DNA of 64,000 nucleotides from Minisyncoccota bacterium. Its GTDB lineage: Bacteria > Patescibacteriota > Minisyncoccia > Phycocordibacterales > JABAAK01. The stretch's first letter is position 1, and every line of letters begins with the position of its first letter. Shown in pieces: positions 10,470 through 20,001 of this stretch. The stretch spans positions 466,026 to 530,025 of the forward strand of contig OY282360.1 in assembly GCA_958295675.1 (NCBI GenBank), written 5' to 3'. The position numbers and the translations under genes were made by a program. Below the pieces are notes generated by a model. It saw nothing but the letters and a program-made list of their open reading frames with translations, was not told where the DNA came from and ran no database searches.

Positions 10470-12053
10470 TTATTCCGCTTTCAATGCTTTCCACTGCGCT
10501 TGTACAGATTGTACAACAGATTGTACATCCGCATCCTGCGCTAAGATGGCAAGAACTTCTGGCGATATGTTTCTGTTGAAGATAACCTCCAGTCGCACTG
10601 ACAAATTTGCGTCCTCTGCCAGTCGTGCAAGCACTTCTGGCGGTGTGCTGCCGTTGCGAGCAACTGCCAGTCGCACCCGCCACTCCGCATTCTCTGCCAG
10701 TTTGGCAAGGGTTTCTGGCGGTGTACTGCTGTGGCGAGCAACCTCTTGTTGAACATCTACATCCGCACCCTCTGCCAGTCGTGCAAGCACTTCTGGCGGT
10801 GTGCTGCCGTTGCGAGCAACTGCCGCTCGCATTCGCCAATCCTCATCCTCTGCCAGTCGTGCAAGTACTTCCGACGGTGTGCTGCCGTTGCGAGCAACCT
10901 CTTGTTGAACATCTACATCCGCACCCTCTGCCAGTTTGGCAAGGGTTTCTGGCGGTGTGCTGCCGTTGCTAGCAACCTCTTGTTGAACATCTACATCCGC
11001 ACCCTCTGCCAGTCGTGCAAGCACTTCTGGCGGTGTGCTGCCGTTGCTAGCAACTACCTTTCGCATTTGCCCATCCGCACCCTCCGCCATGATGGCGAGG
11101 GATGCCGGCGGCATGTCGGGATGCCGAGCAGCCACAAGCCGAACAGACGCATAAGCATCCTCTGCCAGGATGGCGAGGGATGCCGACGGCGTGTAGTTAT
11201 GCTGAGCAACCGCATACCGGATATCAGTATCTACATCCTCTGCCAGGATGGCGAGGGATGCCGACGGCGTGTAGTGATGCTGAGCAACCGCACGCCGAAC
11301 AAACGCATAAGCATCCTCTGCCAGGGCAGCGAGCCTTGTCGGCGGCATGTCGGGATGCCCAGCAGCCACAAGCCGAACAGACGCATCCAGATCCTCTGCC
11401 AGGGCAGCGAGCCTTGTCGGCGGCATGTCGGGATGCCGAGCAGCCACAAGCCGAACAGACGCATTCAGATCCTCTGCCAAGACGGCGAGGGATGCCGGCG
11501 GTGTGTTGTCATTGCCAGCAACCAATCGCCGAACAGACGAATCCGGATCCTCTGCCAGGACGGCGAACGATACCGGCGACGTGTCAGGATGCCGAGCAAC
11601 CCATGACCGAACAGACGCATCCGGATCCTCTGCCAGGATGGCGAGGGATGCCGGCGACGTGTTGGGATGCCGAGCAACCCATAACCGAACAAACCTATTT
11701 GCATCCTCTGCCAGGGCAGCGAGCCTTGTCGGCGGCGTGTCAGGATGCCGAGCAACCGCACGCCGAACACCCGCTTCCGGATCCTCTGCCAGGGCAGCGA
11801 GCGTTGTCGGCGGCGTCTCGGGATGCTGAGCAACCGCATACCGAACATCCGCATTTGCATCCTCTGCCAGGGCAGCGAGCGTTGTCGGCGGCATGTCGGG
11901 ATGCCGAGCAGCCACAAACCGAACAGACGCATCCGGATCCTCTGCCAAGATGGCGAGAGTTTTCGACGGCGCGTCTTCGGCATGCACCGACACCGAAATG
12001 CCCGACAGGGTGAGTACGAGTACACTCAAAAGCGTGCACAGTTTCAATTTCAT
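10470..12053 (-). CDS. Secreted HEAT/LRV-repeat protein (cassette C)
   Basis: 527 aa; Sec-type signal MKLKLCTLLSVLVLTLSGISVSVHA; about 20 24-aa repeats (LAEDxDAxVRxxVAxHPxTPPxxLAx); GGAGG upstream. Confidence 0.9.
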   Translation of the reverse strand: MKLKLCTLLSVLVLTLSGISVSVHAEDAPSKTLAILAEDPDASVRFVAARHPDMPPTTLAALAEDANADVRYAVAQHPETPPTTLAALAEDPEAGVRRAVARHPDTPPTRLAALAEDANRFVRLWVARHPNTSPASLAILAEDPDASVRSWVARHPDTSPVSFAVLAEDPDSSVRRLVAGNDNTPPASLAVLAEDLNASVRLVAARHPDMPPTRLAALAEDLDASVRLVAAGHPDMPPTRLAALAEDAYAFVRRAVAQHHYTPSASLAILAEDVDTDIRYAVAQHNYTPSASLAILAEDAYASVRLVAARHPDMPPASLAIMAEGADGQMRKVVASNGSTPPEVLARLAEGADVDVQQEVASNGSTPPETLAKLAEGADVDVQQEVARNGSTPSEVLARLAEDEDWRMRAAVARNGSTPPEVLARLAEGADVDVQQEVARHSSTPPETLAKLAENAEWRVRLAVARNGSTPPEVLARLAEDANLSVRLEVIFNRNISPEVLAILAQDADVQSVVQSVQAQWKALKAE

Positions 12054-12112
12054 GTGACCTCCTTCGGTCTCTGTGTGAAAGAACAGAAAGCAATCTGCTC
12101 CACCTAGTATAT

Positions 12113-12141
12113 AGTATACATGTGTTAGTATAATATGTCAA
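12113..12141 (-). promoter_or_regulatory. Sigma70 promoter, cassette C
   Basis: TTGACA-17 nt-TATACT. Confidence 0.8.
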
Positions 12142-12218
12142 ATACCCCCTCCCAGAAATATCCTTGTTTTTTAGGGTATTTTGTTGTTTGGTGTATGAAG
12201 TAAAAAAGAATAAAAAAT

Positions 12219-12246
12219 ATCCCACCAGCGTTTCCACTGGTGGGAT
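12219..12246 (-). terminator. Intrinsic terminator, LRV cassette D
   Basis: Same 10-bp hairpin as the other cassettes, followed by a T-rich tail. Confidence 0.8.
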
Positions 12247-12280
12247 GGGTTGAGGAAGACTCCTGCAACCAACTAGTTAC

Positions 12281-12880
12281 TCAGAGTGAATCAAGCCACG
12301 CTTGTACATCTTGTACACCCGCATCCTCTGCCAGGGTAGCGAGTATTGCCAGCGGTGTGTTGGGATTGCGACTAACCACATACCGAACATACGCCTTTGC
12401 ATCCTCTGCCAGGGTAGCGAGTATTGCCGGCGGTGTGTTGGGATTAAGAGCAACCCCGTGCCGGGCACCCATATCCGCATCCTCTGCCAGGGTAGCGAGT
12501 ATTGCCGGCGGTGTGTTGGGATTACGACCAACCCTAAACCGAACATACCCATCCGCATCCTCTGCCAGTCGTGCAAGTGCTTCCGACGGTGTCATGCTGT
12601 TGCCAGCAACTGCCTCTCGCACTCTCCAAACTACATCCTCTGCCAGGGTAGCGAGAATTGCCGGCGGTGTGCGCGACGAAGAAGCAACCCTATACCGAAC
12701 CTCCCACTCCGCATCCTCTGCCATGACGGCGAGGGATGTCGGCGATATCGGTGCAGTGATGCGAGCAGCACTGGGGAGAGGTTCCAGTATTGCAATCCGC
12801 GACGCGTCTTCGGCATGCACCGAAACCGAAATGCCCGACAGGGTGAGTACGAGTACACTCAAAAGCGTGAATAGTTTCAT
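12281..12880 (-). CDS. Secreted HEAT/LRV-repeat protein (cassette D)
   Basis: Start moved to MKLFTLLSVLVLTLSGISVSVHAEDA, nearly identical to the cassette C signal; about 6 repeats of type NPNTPPAILATLAED. Confidence 0.88.
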   Translation of the reverse strand: MKLFTLLSVLVLTLSGISVSVHAEDASRIAILEPLPSAARITAPISPTSLAVMAEDAEWEVRYRVASSSRTPPAILATLAEDVVWRVREAVAGNSMTPSEALARLAEDADGYVRFRVGRNPNTPPAILATLAEDADMGARHGVALNPNTPPAILATLAEDAKAYVRYVVSRNPNTPLAILATLAEDAGVQDVQAWLDSL

Positions 12881-12940
12881 TATGACCTCCTTTGGTCTCT
12901 GTGTGAAAGAACAGAAAGCAATCTGCTCCACCTAGTATAT

Positions 12941-12969
12941 AGTATACATGTGTTAGTATAATATGTCAA
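12941..12969 (-). promoter_or_regulatory. Sigma70 promoter, cassette D
   Basis: TTGACA-17 nt-TATACT, identical to the cassette C promoter. Confidence 0.8.
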
Positions 12970-13020
12970 ATACCCCCCCCCGAGATATCCTTGTTTTTCA
13001 AGGTATTTTAACACAAAGGA

Positions 13021-14025
13021 CTATTTATTCAGCAATAAACACTCTAACGGTAATACTTTTATGGATGATCGTGGAATAGCATACGATGCTTCCAGAAGGT
13101 CTGTAAGCATGGTGAGTGTCAGACCTTCTTTTTTTGATAATGTATCAATAAACTGTCTGTCGTCTTCAGTATATTCCTCAACAATATCAGTTACCTGTTC
13201 ACGCAACAGAAGTGCGGCGCGCAGTTTCCGTATACATAATTTAGCGAAGAGCGGGATATTCGCATTTGTTTGTGACGCGGTAGAAAGAGCAGCAACACCG
13301 GCAGCGATATCATGATCCGCAAGTGCCGCAAGATACTCATTTATCAACCGATGTTTAGGTGCGCCGAGCACTTCTTCTGCAAGTTGATGATCCACGGTCT
13401 TGCCGTCGGCAACAAACAGGATTTTTTGAAGCAATGTGAGTGTGTCACGGAATGATCCTTCTGCCATTAATGCGACAAGGGCGGCGGATTGTTTGGTGAT
13501 CACAAATCCTTCTTTCTTCGCCGCCTCAATGGCTGTATTCTGCAGAACGGCAAGCGACGGCTGCTGAAATTGCAGCGATACACAACGGGAAACAACAGTT
13601 TCCGGTACCTTTTCCGCTTCAGTGGTGACAAGTATAAAAATAACATGCGCGGGCGGTTCTTCCAATGTTTTAAGAAATGCATTGAAAGCTGACTTTGAAA
13701 GCATATGCACTTCATCAAGAATATACACTTTGTACTCCGACTCAACCGGCTGTGTGTACACTGACGCGGTGATATCCCTGATATGCTCAACACTGGTGTG
13801 AGATGCCGCATCAATTTCAAACACATCTATATCCTTACACTGCATTGTCTTTGCGAAAATGCGCGCAATGCTGGTCTTACCGATACCGCGCGGACCGGTA
13901 AACAGGTAGGCATGAGCGGGAGCACCCTGCTTCGCCGCCTTTTCAAGAACGGAAACAACTTGCGGCTGTTCAATAACATCCTCAAATAATTGCGGTCTGT
14001 GTTTTTGGTACAACGCTCGATCCAT
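13021..14025 (-). CDS. dnaX: DNA polymerase III subunit gamma/tau (short form)
   Basis: ALYQKHRPQ, HAYLFTGPRGIGKT, EIDAAS, YILDEVHMLS, LKTLEEPP, SRC. Confidence 0.96.
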   Translation of the reverse strand: MDRALYQKHRPQLFEDVIEQPQVVSVLEKAAKQGAPAHAYLFTGPRGIGKTSIARIFAKTMQCKDIDVFEIDAASHTSVEHIRDITASVYTQPVESEYKVYILDEVHMLSKSAFNAFLKTLEEPPAHVIFILVTTEAEKVPETVVSRCVSLQFQQPSLAVLQNTAIEAAKKEGFVITKQSAALVALMAEGSFRDTLTLLQKILFVADGKTVDHQLAEEVLGAPKHRLINEYLAALADHDIAAGVAALSTASQTNANIPLFAKLCIRKLRAALLLREQVTDIVEEYTEDDRQFIDTLSKKEGLTLTMLTDLLEASYAIPRSSIKVLPLECLLLNK

Positions 14026-14062
14026 ACATCTACATACTACACTACCGTTGCATAGCCGATAT

Positions 14063-15049
14063 TCACCTGTTTGGCATCTGCTGTGGCATACAAGTAATAA
14101 AGTGTTTCACACGCCGTTCAACATCATTAGCGCATTCGGCATGTTCCATGAGATCTGTCCGTAGTTCTTTTGCGCCGTCAAACCCATTCACATATGCCTT
14201 GTAATGTTTCTTCATAATGGAAAAACGCTTTACAGATAGATTTTCCTCAAAAAGTCGGGTATGTTCAATAAGCGCAAACAATTTTTTCTTCACTGTGATC
14301 GATTCCGGTACATCTCCGCTGAAAAACCAAGGATTACCGAAAATGCCGCGCCCTATCATTACACCGTCACATCCGGTCTCTGACACACGCAACCGCGCCT
14401 CAGACATACTTACCACATCACCATTGCCGATAATTAAAGTGCCGGGAGCAATAGCATCGCGCAGTGTGACGATGTGCCTCATACGCTCCCAGTGCGCCGG
14501 CACTTTGGACATTTCTTTCCGGCTCCGCAAATGTACGGTAAGCGCGGCGATACCGGTTCGCAGTAATGTGGGTATCCATGTATCTATCTCATCTACGGCA
14601 TATCCGATTCTCGTCTTCACCGATACTGGCAACCCGGTTTGTTTCGCCGCTGTTATGACTTCAACAGCAGTTTTCGGGGATGTAATCAATGCGGCACCGC
14701 TTCCCTGTTTCTCAACGCTTCGGTCAGGACATCCCATATTGATATCAAGCCCGTCAAATCCGAGGGTTTGAACATGCTTCCCTGCTGTGTACATATTTTC
14801 AGGATTTGAAGTGAATAGTTGCGCGACAATCGGTCGCTGATTCTCCTCAAAAAGCAAATCAACATACAGTGATTCGCGTCCGGGAGAACACAGACCGTCA
14901 GCGGAGACAAACTCGGTCCAGAATATATCCGGCTTACCGTATCGGGCAAACATGGAACGAAAGGCGACATCAGTCACATCCGCCATCGGTGCAATTGCAA
15001 AAAATGGACGGAGGAGTGTGTCCCAGAAAGACGAAGATAATGTGTTCAT
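14063..15049 (-). CDS. dus: tRNA-dihydrouridine synthase (DusB-like)
   Basis: APMADVTD, DINMGCP, VSVKTRIG, GNGDV, MIGRG. The start at 15049 forms an ATGA overlap with the upstream stop. Confidence 0.93.
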   Translation of the reverse strand: MNTLSSSFWDTLLRPFFAIAPMADVTDVAFRSMFARYGKPDIFWTEFVSADGLCSPGRESLYVDLLFEENQRPIVAQLFTSNPENMYTAGKHVQTLGFDGLDINMGCPDRSVEKQGSGAALITSPKTAVEVITAAKQTGLPVSVKTRIGYAVDEIDTWIPTLLRTGIAALTVHLRSRKEMSKVPAHWERMRHIVTLRDAIAPGTLIIGNGDVVSMSEARLRVSETGCDGVMIGRGIFGNPWFFSGDVPESITVKKKLFALIEHTRLFEENLSVKRFSIMKKHYKAYVNGFDGAKELRTDLMEHAECANDVERRVKHFITCMPQQMPNR

Positions 15050-15915
15050 AGTCCGGTGCCGCCATTCCGTTCCCGACATCCCCATTGCAGCGGTTCACGA
15101 CTCGTCCAATACACCTGCAACGGATCACAAATAGCAATGGATGCGATTTCAGACCGGCTGTCTGAATCGGGAAAAATCTCAACAAGAGTCGCATGCAGTG
15201 CCCGCATAATATCGTAGGGATTTTCTGACATATCAATCCACACACTAACACCGCCGGTTGACTGTATATGCGCATCGTATCCTCCTTTTCGTACCGCGAT
15301 ATATTCAATGAACAAACCTCTCTCCTCTAAAAATTGCAGCACTTCGTGTATTTTATAGAAATGTTCCTCATTCTCACCAGTCGGCATGAACAAATAATCA
15401 CCGACAGCGACCTCACCGGAAATTTTTAATTCACGACCGGTTCGCACAGCGTCAGTTTCACCGAATATAAAACCGTCTGTATCCACAAGCAAACAGCGGG
15501 ACAACGCGCAGTAGGTACCGAAAATTTCCCTGTTAGTCGCTGTTATATGCCATGTATTAAAAAATTTATTCTCTATTTCAACATGATCAAGATGAAGAAA
15601 TTCCTGACGAATCATATCAACAACTTTTCCTCGCTGAAAATAGTACCGTACTGATCCGGGAACAATAAGCCAGGAATCATCCAGCAAATCTTCAATATAC
15701 CGGACAACATCCTCCTGAAGCATCTCCGTTATATCGGACTCCGGATTGATATGAACCGAACGAACGGAAACAAGTGGTAAATGAAGCACAGCAAATAAAA
15801 GCAGTACGCACACACAAAAGATTAAACAAAAACGGCTCATAATGAATAGCAGTCGCCGGCTGGAACGCCGTGCAAACCACATTTGCACCTTTGTTTTCAA
15901 TCTTCTTCTTCTCAT
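15046..15915 (-). CDS. Bitopic membrane protein, FtsQ/DivIB-like
   Basis: Basic N-terminus (MRRRRLK), one transmembrane segment, then a POTRA-like region and LLVDTDGFIF. The family assignment is an inference. Confidence 0.55.
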   Translation of the reverse strand: MRRRRLKTKVQMWFARRSSRRLLFIMSRFCLIFCVCVLLLFAVLHLPLVSVRSVHINPESDITEMLQEDVVRYIEDLLDDSWLIVPGSVRYYFQRGKVVDMIRQEFLHLDHVEIENKFFNTWHITATNREIFGTYCALSRCLLVDTDGFIFGETDAVRTGRELKISGEVAVGDYLFMPTGENEEHFYKIHEVLQFLEERGLFIEYIAVRKGGYDAHIQSTGGVSVWIDMSENPYDIMRALHATLVEIFPDSDSRSEIASIAICDPLQVYWTSREPLQWGCRERNGGTGL

Positions 15916-15929
15916 AATATTTTTTTCCG

Positions 15930-17207
15930 CTATATCTCCCGTTTTCCGCCCATATATGACCAAAGTACTTCGGGCACGGCTATAGTGCCGTCCTCCTGCT
16001 GTCCGTTTTCAAGAAGGGCAATGAGTATGCGCCCCAACGCGAAAACAGTCGCATCATTCATATGCGCGAATTCTTTCTCACCTGAATTCCGTTTTACTTT
16101 GATCCCGAGCCGGCGGGATTGGTATTCACCGATTAAATCCGCGGAATGTGTTTCCCGATACAGATCCTGTCCGGGCATCCATGTTTCAATATCTATCTGC
16201 CGCACATCGGGCAGACCCATGTCGCCGGTACAGACAATAACCACCTGATACGGTAAACCGAGCTGCTGCATGAGATACTCCTGCACCGCCACCAAAAAAT
16301 CCTGCTCCTCTTTTGACTTCTCACCAACTGTGAATGATTCAAATTCAAGTTTATCAAACTGATGCAGGCGAAGAATACCCTTGGTATCCCTGCCATAAGA
16401 ACCGGCTTCCCGTCGGAATGCGGTGGAATAGCCGATATACCGCTTCGGCAATTCGTTTTCCTCAAACATCTCATCCGCATGCATAGCTCCGAGCGCATGC
16501 TCGGCACTGCCGGTCAGAAACAAATCATCTTCAGAAATAAAATATTTATCCTCACGCGGTTCAAGCCGCGCCATGCCGAAAAACATTTTCGGAGTGATCA
16601 TCATCGGTGGCACTACCGGCACAAACGGAACAGAGGGTACGGTCAGATTGTTGTGCGTAATAATCTCATTAAGAACCCGCTCATCCGTTACGACATCAAA
16701 TACCCATTGGATAAGCGCGAACTGCAGCCGCACCGCATCGTTCTTCAGAAAGGTAAACCGAGCACCGGCAACTTTTGCGGCTCGTTCGTTGTCTATAAAA
16801 TCCCGTTCTTTACCGATATCCCAGTGCGCCTTCGGCTGAAAATTAAAAGATGGCTTCTCACCCCATCGGCGCAGCACTGCATTGCCGCTCTCATCTTTGC
16901 CGATTGGCGTGTCCGGAGACGGCACATTTGGAATCAACGCGATCATATCCGTCAAATCCTTAGTGACGGAGCGAAGTGTTTCCTCAGCATCGGCAAGCTG
17001 TTGTTTCAACGCGCCTCCTCTTTCCGCATCCCGCGCATCAGCGGCTGCTTTTCGCTCCTGATTTATACTGCCAATCCTCCGGACCAATTCAGTCCGCTGG
17101 TTATATAGTGCTTCAAGACGATCAAAATCAACCGGATCTTTGTTCTTATTCTCAATCGCCTGCCGAACAATATCCTTATTTTCCAATATAAATGCGATGT
17201 CCAACAT
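15930..17207 (-). CDS. serS: Serine--tRNA ligase
   Basis: MLDI start, IPNVPSPD, GSAEH, AFRREAGSYGRDTKGILRLHQFDKLE, ENGQQEDG. Confidence 0.98.
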   Translation of the reverse strand: MLDIAFILENKDIVRQAIENKNKDPVDFDRLEALYNQRTELVRRIGSINQERKAAADARDAERGGALKQQLADAEETLRSVTKDLTDMIALIPNVPSPDTPIGKDESGNAVLRRWGEKPSFNFQPKAHWDIGKERDFIDNERAAKVAGARFTFLKNDAVRLQFALIQWVFDVVTDERVLNEIITHNNLTVPSVPFVPVVPPMMITPKMFFGMARLEPREDKYFISEDDLFLTGSAEHALGAMHADEMFEENELPKRYIGYSTAFRREAGSYGRDTKGILRLHQFDKLEFESFTVGEKSKEEQDFLVAVQEYLMQQLGLPYQVVIVCTGDMGLPDVRQIDIETWMPGQDLYRETHSADLIGEYQSRRLGIKVKRNSGEKEFAHMNDATVFALGRILIALLENGQQEDGTIAVPEVLWSYMGGKREI

Positions 17208-17265
17208 ATCAGTGAGTATACCACATCACCGCCATAGAACTATCCGCCGTTTTACTTTTTCAATG

Positions 17266-19293
17266 CTATTTTTCCAGATTTTCAAGGTATCTGATCTCAT
17301 CGCGTATAATTGCCGCGGTTTCAAAATCAAGTTCAGCAACGGCATCCGCCATCTTTCGCTCTTTTTCCCGTATTGTTTTCTTCGGTGCCTTTTTATACTG
17401 CTCAACATCAAAGACCGCAAGCGATGATACTGTTTTCTTTCTTTTTTCCTCAAGGTCTTCAGTAATGTCTTTGATATTTTTCTGTATTGTCTTCGGTGTG
17501 ATATGATGCTTTTTATTATGCGCAATCTGCAAGACACGCCGGCGATTGGTCTCATCAATAGCCCGTCTCAATGAACCGGTCACGGTGTCGGCATATAAAA
17601 TGACGCGACCTTCGGCATTTCTCGCGGCACGACCGATAGTTTGAATAAGCGAGGTTTCCGACCGGAGAAAACCCTCTTTGTCCGCGTCAAGAATAGCGAC
17701 TAATGTCACCTCCGGCAGGTCCAGCCCTTCGCGCAGCAGATTCACACCGACAAGCACATCAAACACTCCCTTGCGAAACTGCGTGAGAATTTCAATCCGT
17801 TCAATCGTTTTAACATCGCTATGGACATAATTTGCCTCTATACCCGCCTCTTCAAGATATGAGACAAGATCTTCGGCGGTCTTTTTGGTGAGTGTGGTGA
17901 CCATCACCCTGTTTTTCTTCACAATTTCTTTCTTTGCTTCAACGATAAAATCACGAACTTGCCCTTCATAAGTATTACTTCCGGTCACCGCGTGCACCGC
18001 GATTTCCGGATCCACCAGTCCGGTCGGACGAATAATTTGTTCAACAATATGGTTACCGCTGTGCCGTTTCTCATATTCATCAGGCGTCGCTGAAGTATAC
18101 ACTACCTGCCCGACTTGCTCTTCAAACTCCTCAAAGGTCAACGGACGGTTATCTCTCGCCGACGGCAAACGAAAACCATGCTCAACCAGTGTGTTTTTCC
18201 TTGAACGGTCTCCAGCGTACATACCGGATATCTGCGGCACAGTCACATGTGATTCATCTATAACAGTAAGGAAATCAGGTGTACCGTCAGCACTGTGCGG
18301 AAAGTACGACAAAAGCGTATGCGGCGGATCACCCTCACTTCGTCTGTCAAAATGCCGGGAATAGTTCTCAATACCGTTGCAGTATCCTATCTCCTCTATA
18401 AGTGACAGGTCCTGCAATGTTCGGCGGCGCAGGCGCTCCCGTTCTAATACCTTACCCTGCCGATCCAGCAAAGCAAGTTGTTCCTCTAATTCTGCCCGTA
18501 TGGACACGGTAGCATGGCGTTTATCATCTTCACCGGAAACAAAATGTTTTGCCGGAAAAAGAAAGAACACATCAACTGATTCTTCTTCTATCGCCCGTGT
18601 CAGCGCGTTAATACGCGTGATATGTTTCACCGTGTCATCCGAAAACGAAAGGCGATATATCACCTCTTCGTTAACGGGCATAATCTCAACCGCACCCGCG
18701 ATAACACGAACGGTGCCGGGTTGCAACTCTCCTGTCGTCCGCTCAAAATACAACTCAACCGCCTTTCGCACAAGCATCTCACGAGTGAATCGTGCACCCT
18801 GTTCAATACGGACATGCACTTTCTCATACTCTTCAGGACTGCCGAGACCGTATATACAGGAAACCGAAGCGACAACGATCACATCATTTCTGGTCAGCAG
18901 TGCCTGCGTCGCCGCATGCCGCAAACGGTCAATCTCTCTGTTCACCAATGCTTCCTTCGCTATGTAGGTATCAGAACCGGGCACATACGCTTCCGGCTGA
19001 TAATAATCATAGTAAGAAACAAAGTAATGTACCGGACTGTCCGGAAAAAACTCGCGATACTCCTGTGCTAACTGCGCCGCGAGGGTTTTGTTATGTGCAA
19101 TAACCAATGTCGGCTTACCCAATTTTGCTATGACATTAGCCATTGTAAATGTCTTTCCGGAACCGGTCACACCCATAAGTGTCTGATGCTGTGCACCTGA
19201 GGAAAGACCGTCAAGAAGCGATTGTATTGCCTTCGGCTGATCCCCCGCCGGCTGTTTTTCATCAGAAAGAACAAAAGAATTATTGAACTTCAT
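17266..19293 (-). CDS. uvrB: Excinuclease ABC subunit B
   Basis: PAGDQP, GVTGSGKT, HNKTLAAQL, YYDYYQPEAY, IDESH, LLREGLD, QTIGRAARN and a C-terminal UVR coil; start placed at MKFNNS. Confidence 0.98.
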   Translation of the reverse strand: MKFNNSFVLSDEKQPAGDQPKAIQSLLDGLSSGAQHQTLMGVTGSGKTFTMANVIAKLGKPTLVIAHNKTLAAQLAQEYREFFPDSPVHYFVSYYDYYQPEAYVPGSDTYIAKEALVNREIDRLRHAATQALLTRNDVIVVASVSCIYGLGSPEEYEKVHVRIEQGARFTREMLVRKAVELYFERTTGELQPGTVRVIAGAVEIMPVNEEVIYRLSFSDDTVKHITRINALTRAIEEESVDVFFLFPAKHFVSGEDDKRHATVSIRAELEEQLALLDRQGKVLERERLRRRTLQDLSLIEEIGYCNGIENYSRHFDRRSEGDPPHTLLSYFPHSADGTPDFLTVIDESHVTVPQISGMYAGDRSRKNTLVEHGFRLPSARDNRPLTFEEFEEQVGQVVYTSATPDEYEKRHSGNHIVEQIIRPTGLVDPEIAVHAVTGSNTYEGQVRDFIVEAKKEIVKKNRVMVTTLTKKTAEDLVSYLEEAGIEANYVHSDVKTIERIEILTQFRKGVFDVLVGVNLLREGLDLPEVTLVAILDADKEGFLRSETSLIQTIGRAARNAEGRVILYADTVTGSLRRAIDETNRRRVLQIAHNKKHHITPKTIQKNIKDITEDLEEKRKKTVSSLAVFDVEQYKKAPKKTIREKERKMADAVAELDFETAAIIRDEIRYLENLEK

Positions 19294-19870
19294 ACAGTTC
19301 AATGACAAACTGCAGTGTCGTGTTCGGTGGAATACTCCCAACCTGACGATCACCGTATCCCGCTTCCGGCTGTATCACCACAATACGCACACCGCCTTCA
19401 CGCATACCTTCCACACCGCTGTCAAAACCGGGAATAACTTGTCCGCTTCCGAGTGTGAAAATAAACCCGCTCTCCGGATCTATATTTTTATCAAATTCAA
19501 TTTCCTGCCCCGTCTCTGTATCAACAAATGTACCGACATAACCAACCCGAACCGTCCCGCCGTTTGATGCCTTCAAACCGTTCCCTTCTTTCAAATCAGC
19601 GACGAGTACATTGCCATCAAGCCGGTTCTCAGCCTGAATCTGCTGCGACTGAACATCAGTATCCTCCAGCGCACTGAGCTGCTTTGCGCGTTCAGATACA
19701 ACAAGACCGCTATTAGAAGAAAGTGTATCTTGTGTGTTAATAACATTATTCGCGAACAAATCAGACACGAATATCTTGGGAAGAGGGAAAAATATCCCGC
19801 CAAAAATAATAATAAAAAAAACAACCGCCACACTAACACCAATGTATGTGTGTAATGTTTTTGTATCCAT
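19280..19870 (-). CDS. Membrane-anchored FKBP-type peptidyl-prolyl isomerase
   Basis: N-terminal transmembrane segment; FTLGSGQVIPGFDSGVEGMREGG...AGYG...IPPNTTLQFVIEL. Confidence 0.93.
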   Translation of the reverse strand: MDTKTLHTYIGVSVAVVFFIIIFGGIFFPLPKIFVSDLFANNVINTQDTLSSNSGLVVSERAKQLSALEDTDVQSQQIQAENRLDGNVLVADLKEGNGLKASNGGTVRVGYVGTFVDTETGQEIEFDKNIDPESGFIFTLGSGQVIPGFDSGVEGMREGGVRIVVIQPEAGYGDRQVGSIPPNTTLQFVIELYEVQ

Positions 19871-19961
19871 ATACTGCACAGCATACCATATTCAAAAACA
19901 CTATGTGGAATACTCACTTTGTTCCTGTCTGAACAGTGTGTGCAACACGATATAAAAAAGA

Positions 19962-19990
19962 AACGCGCTGTCCTTGCAGGACAACGCGTT
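19962..19990 (-). terminator. Intrinsic terminator downstream of the 20002-20547 gene
   Basis: AACGCGTTGTCC...GGACAGCGCGTT hairpin followed by TCTTTTTT on the minus strand. Confidence 0.75.
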
Positions 19991-20001
19991 GAACAATAAC
20001 C

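Noticed and set aside
8431-12935. Alternative-frame and antisense ORFs over the LRV genes, and the N-terminal extensions of ORFs 8426-9244 and 9241-10839
   Set aside because: These are shadows of GC-rich 72-nt repeats; the extensions run through promoters and terminators.
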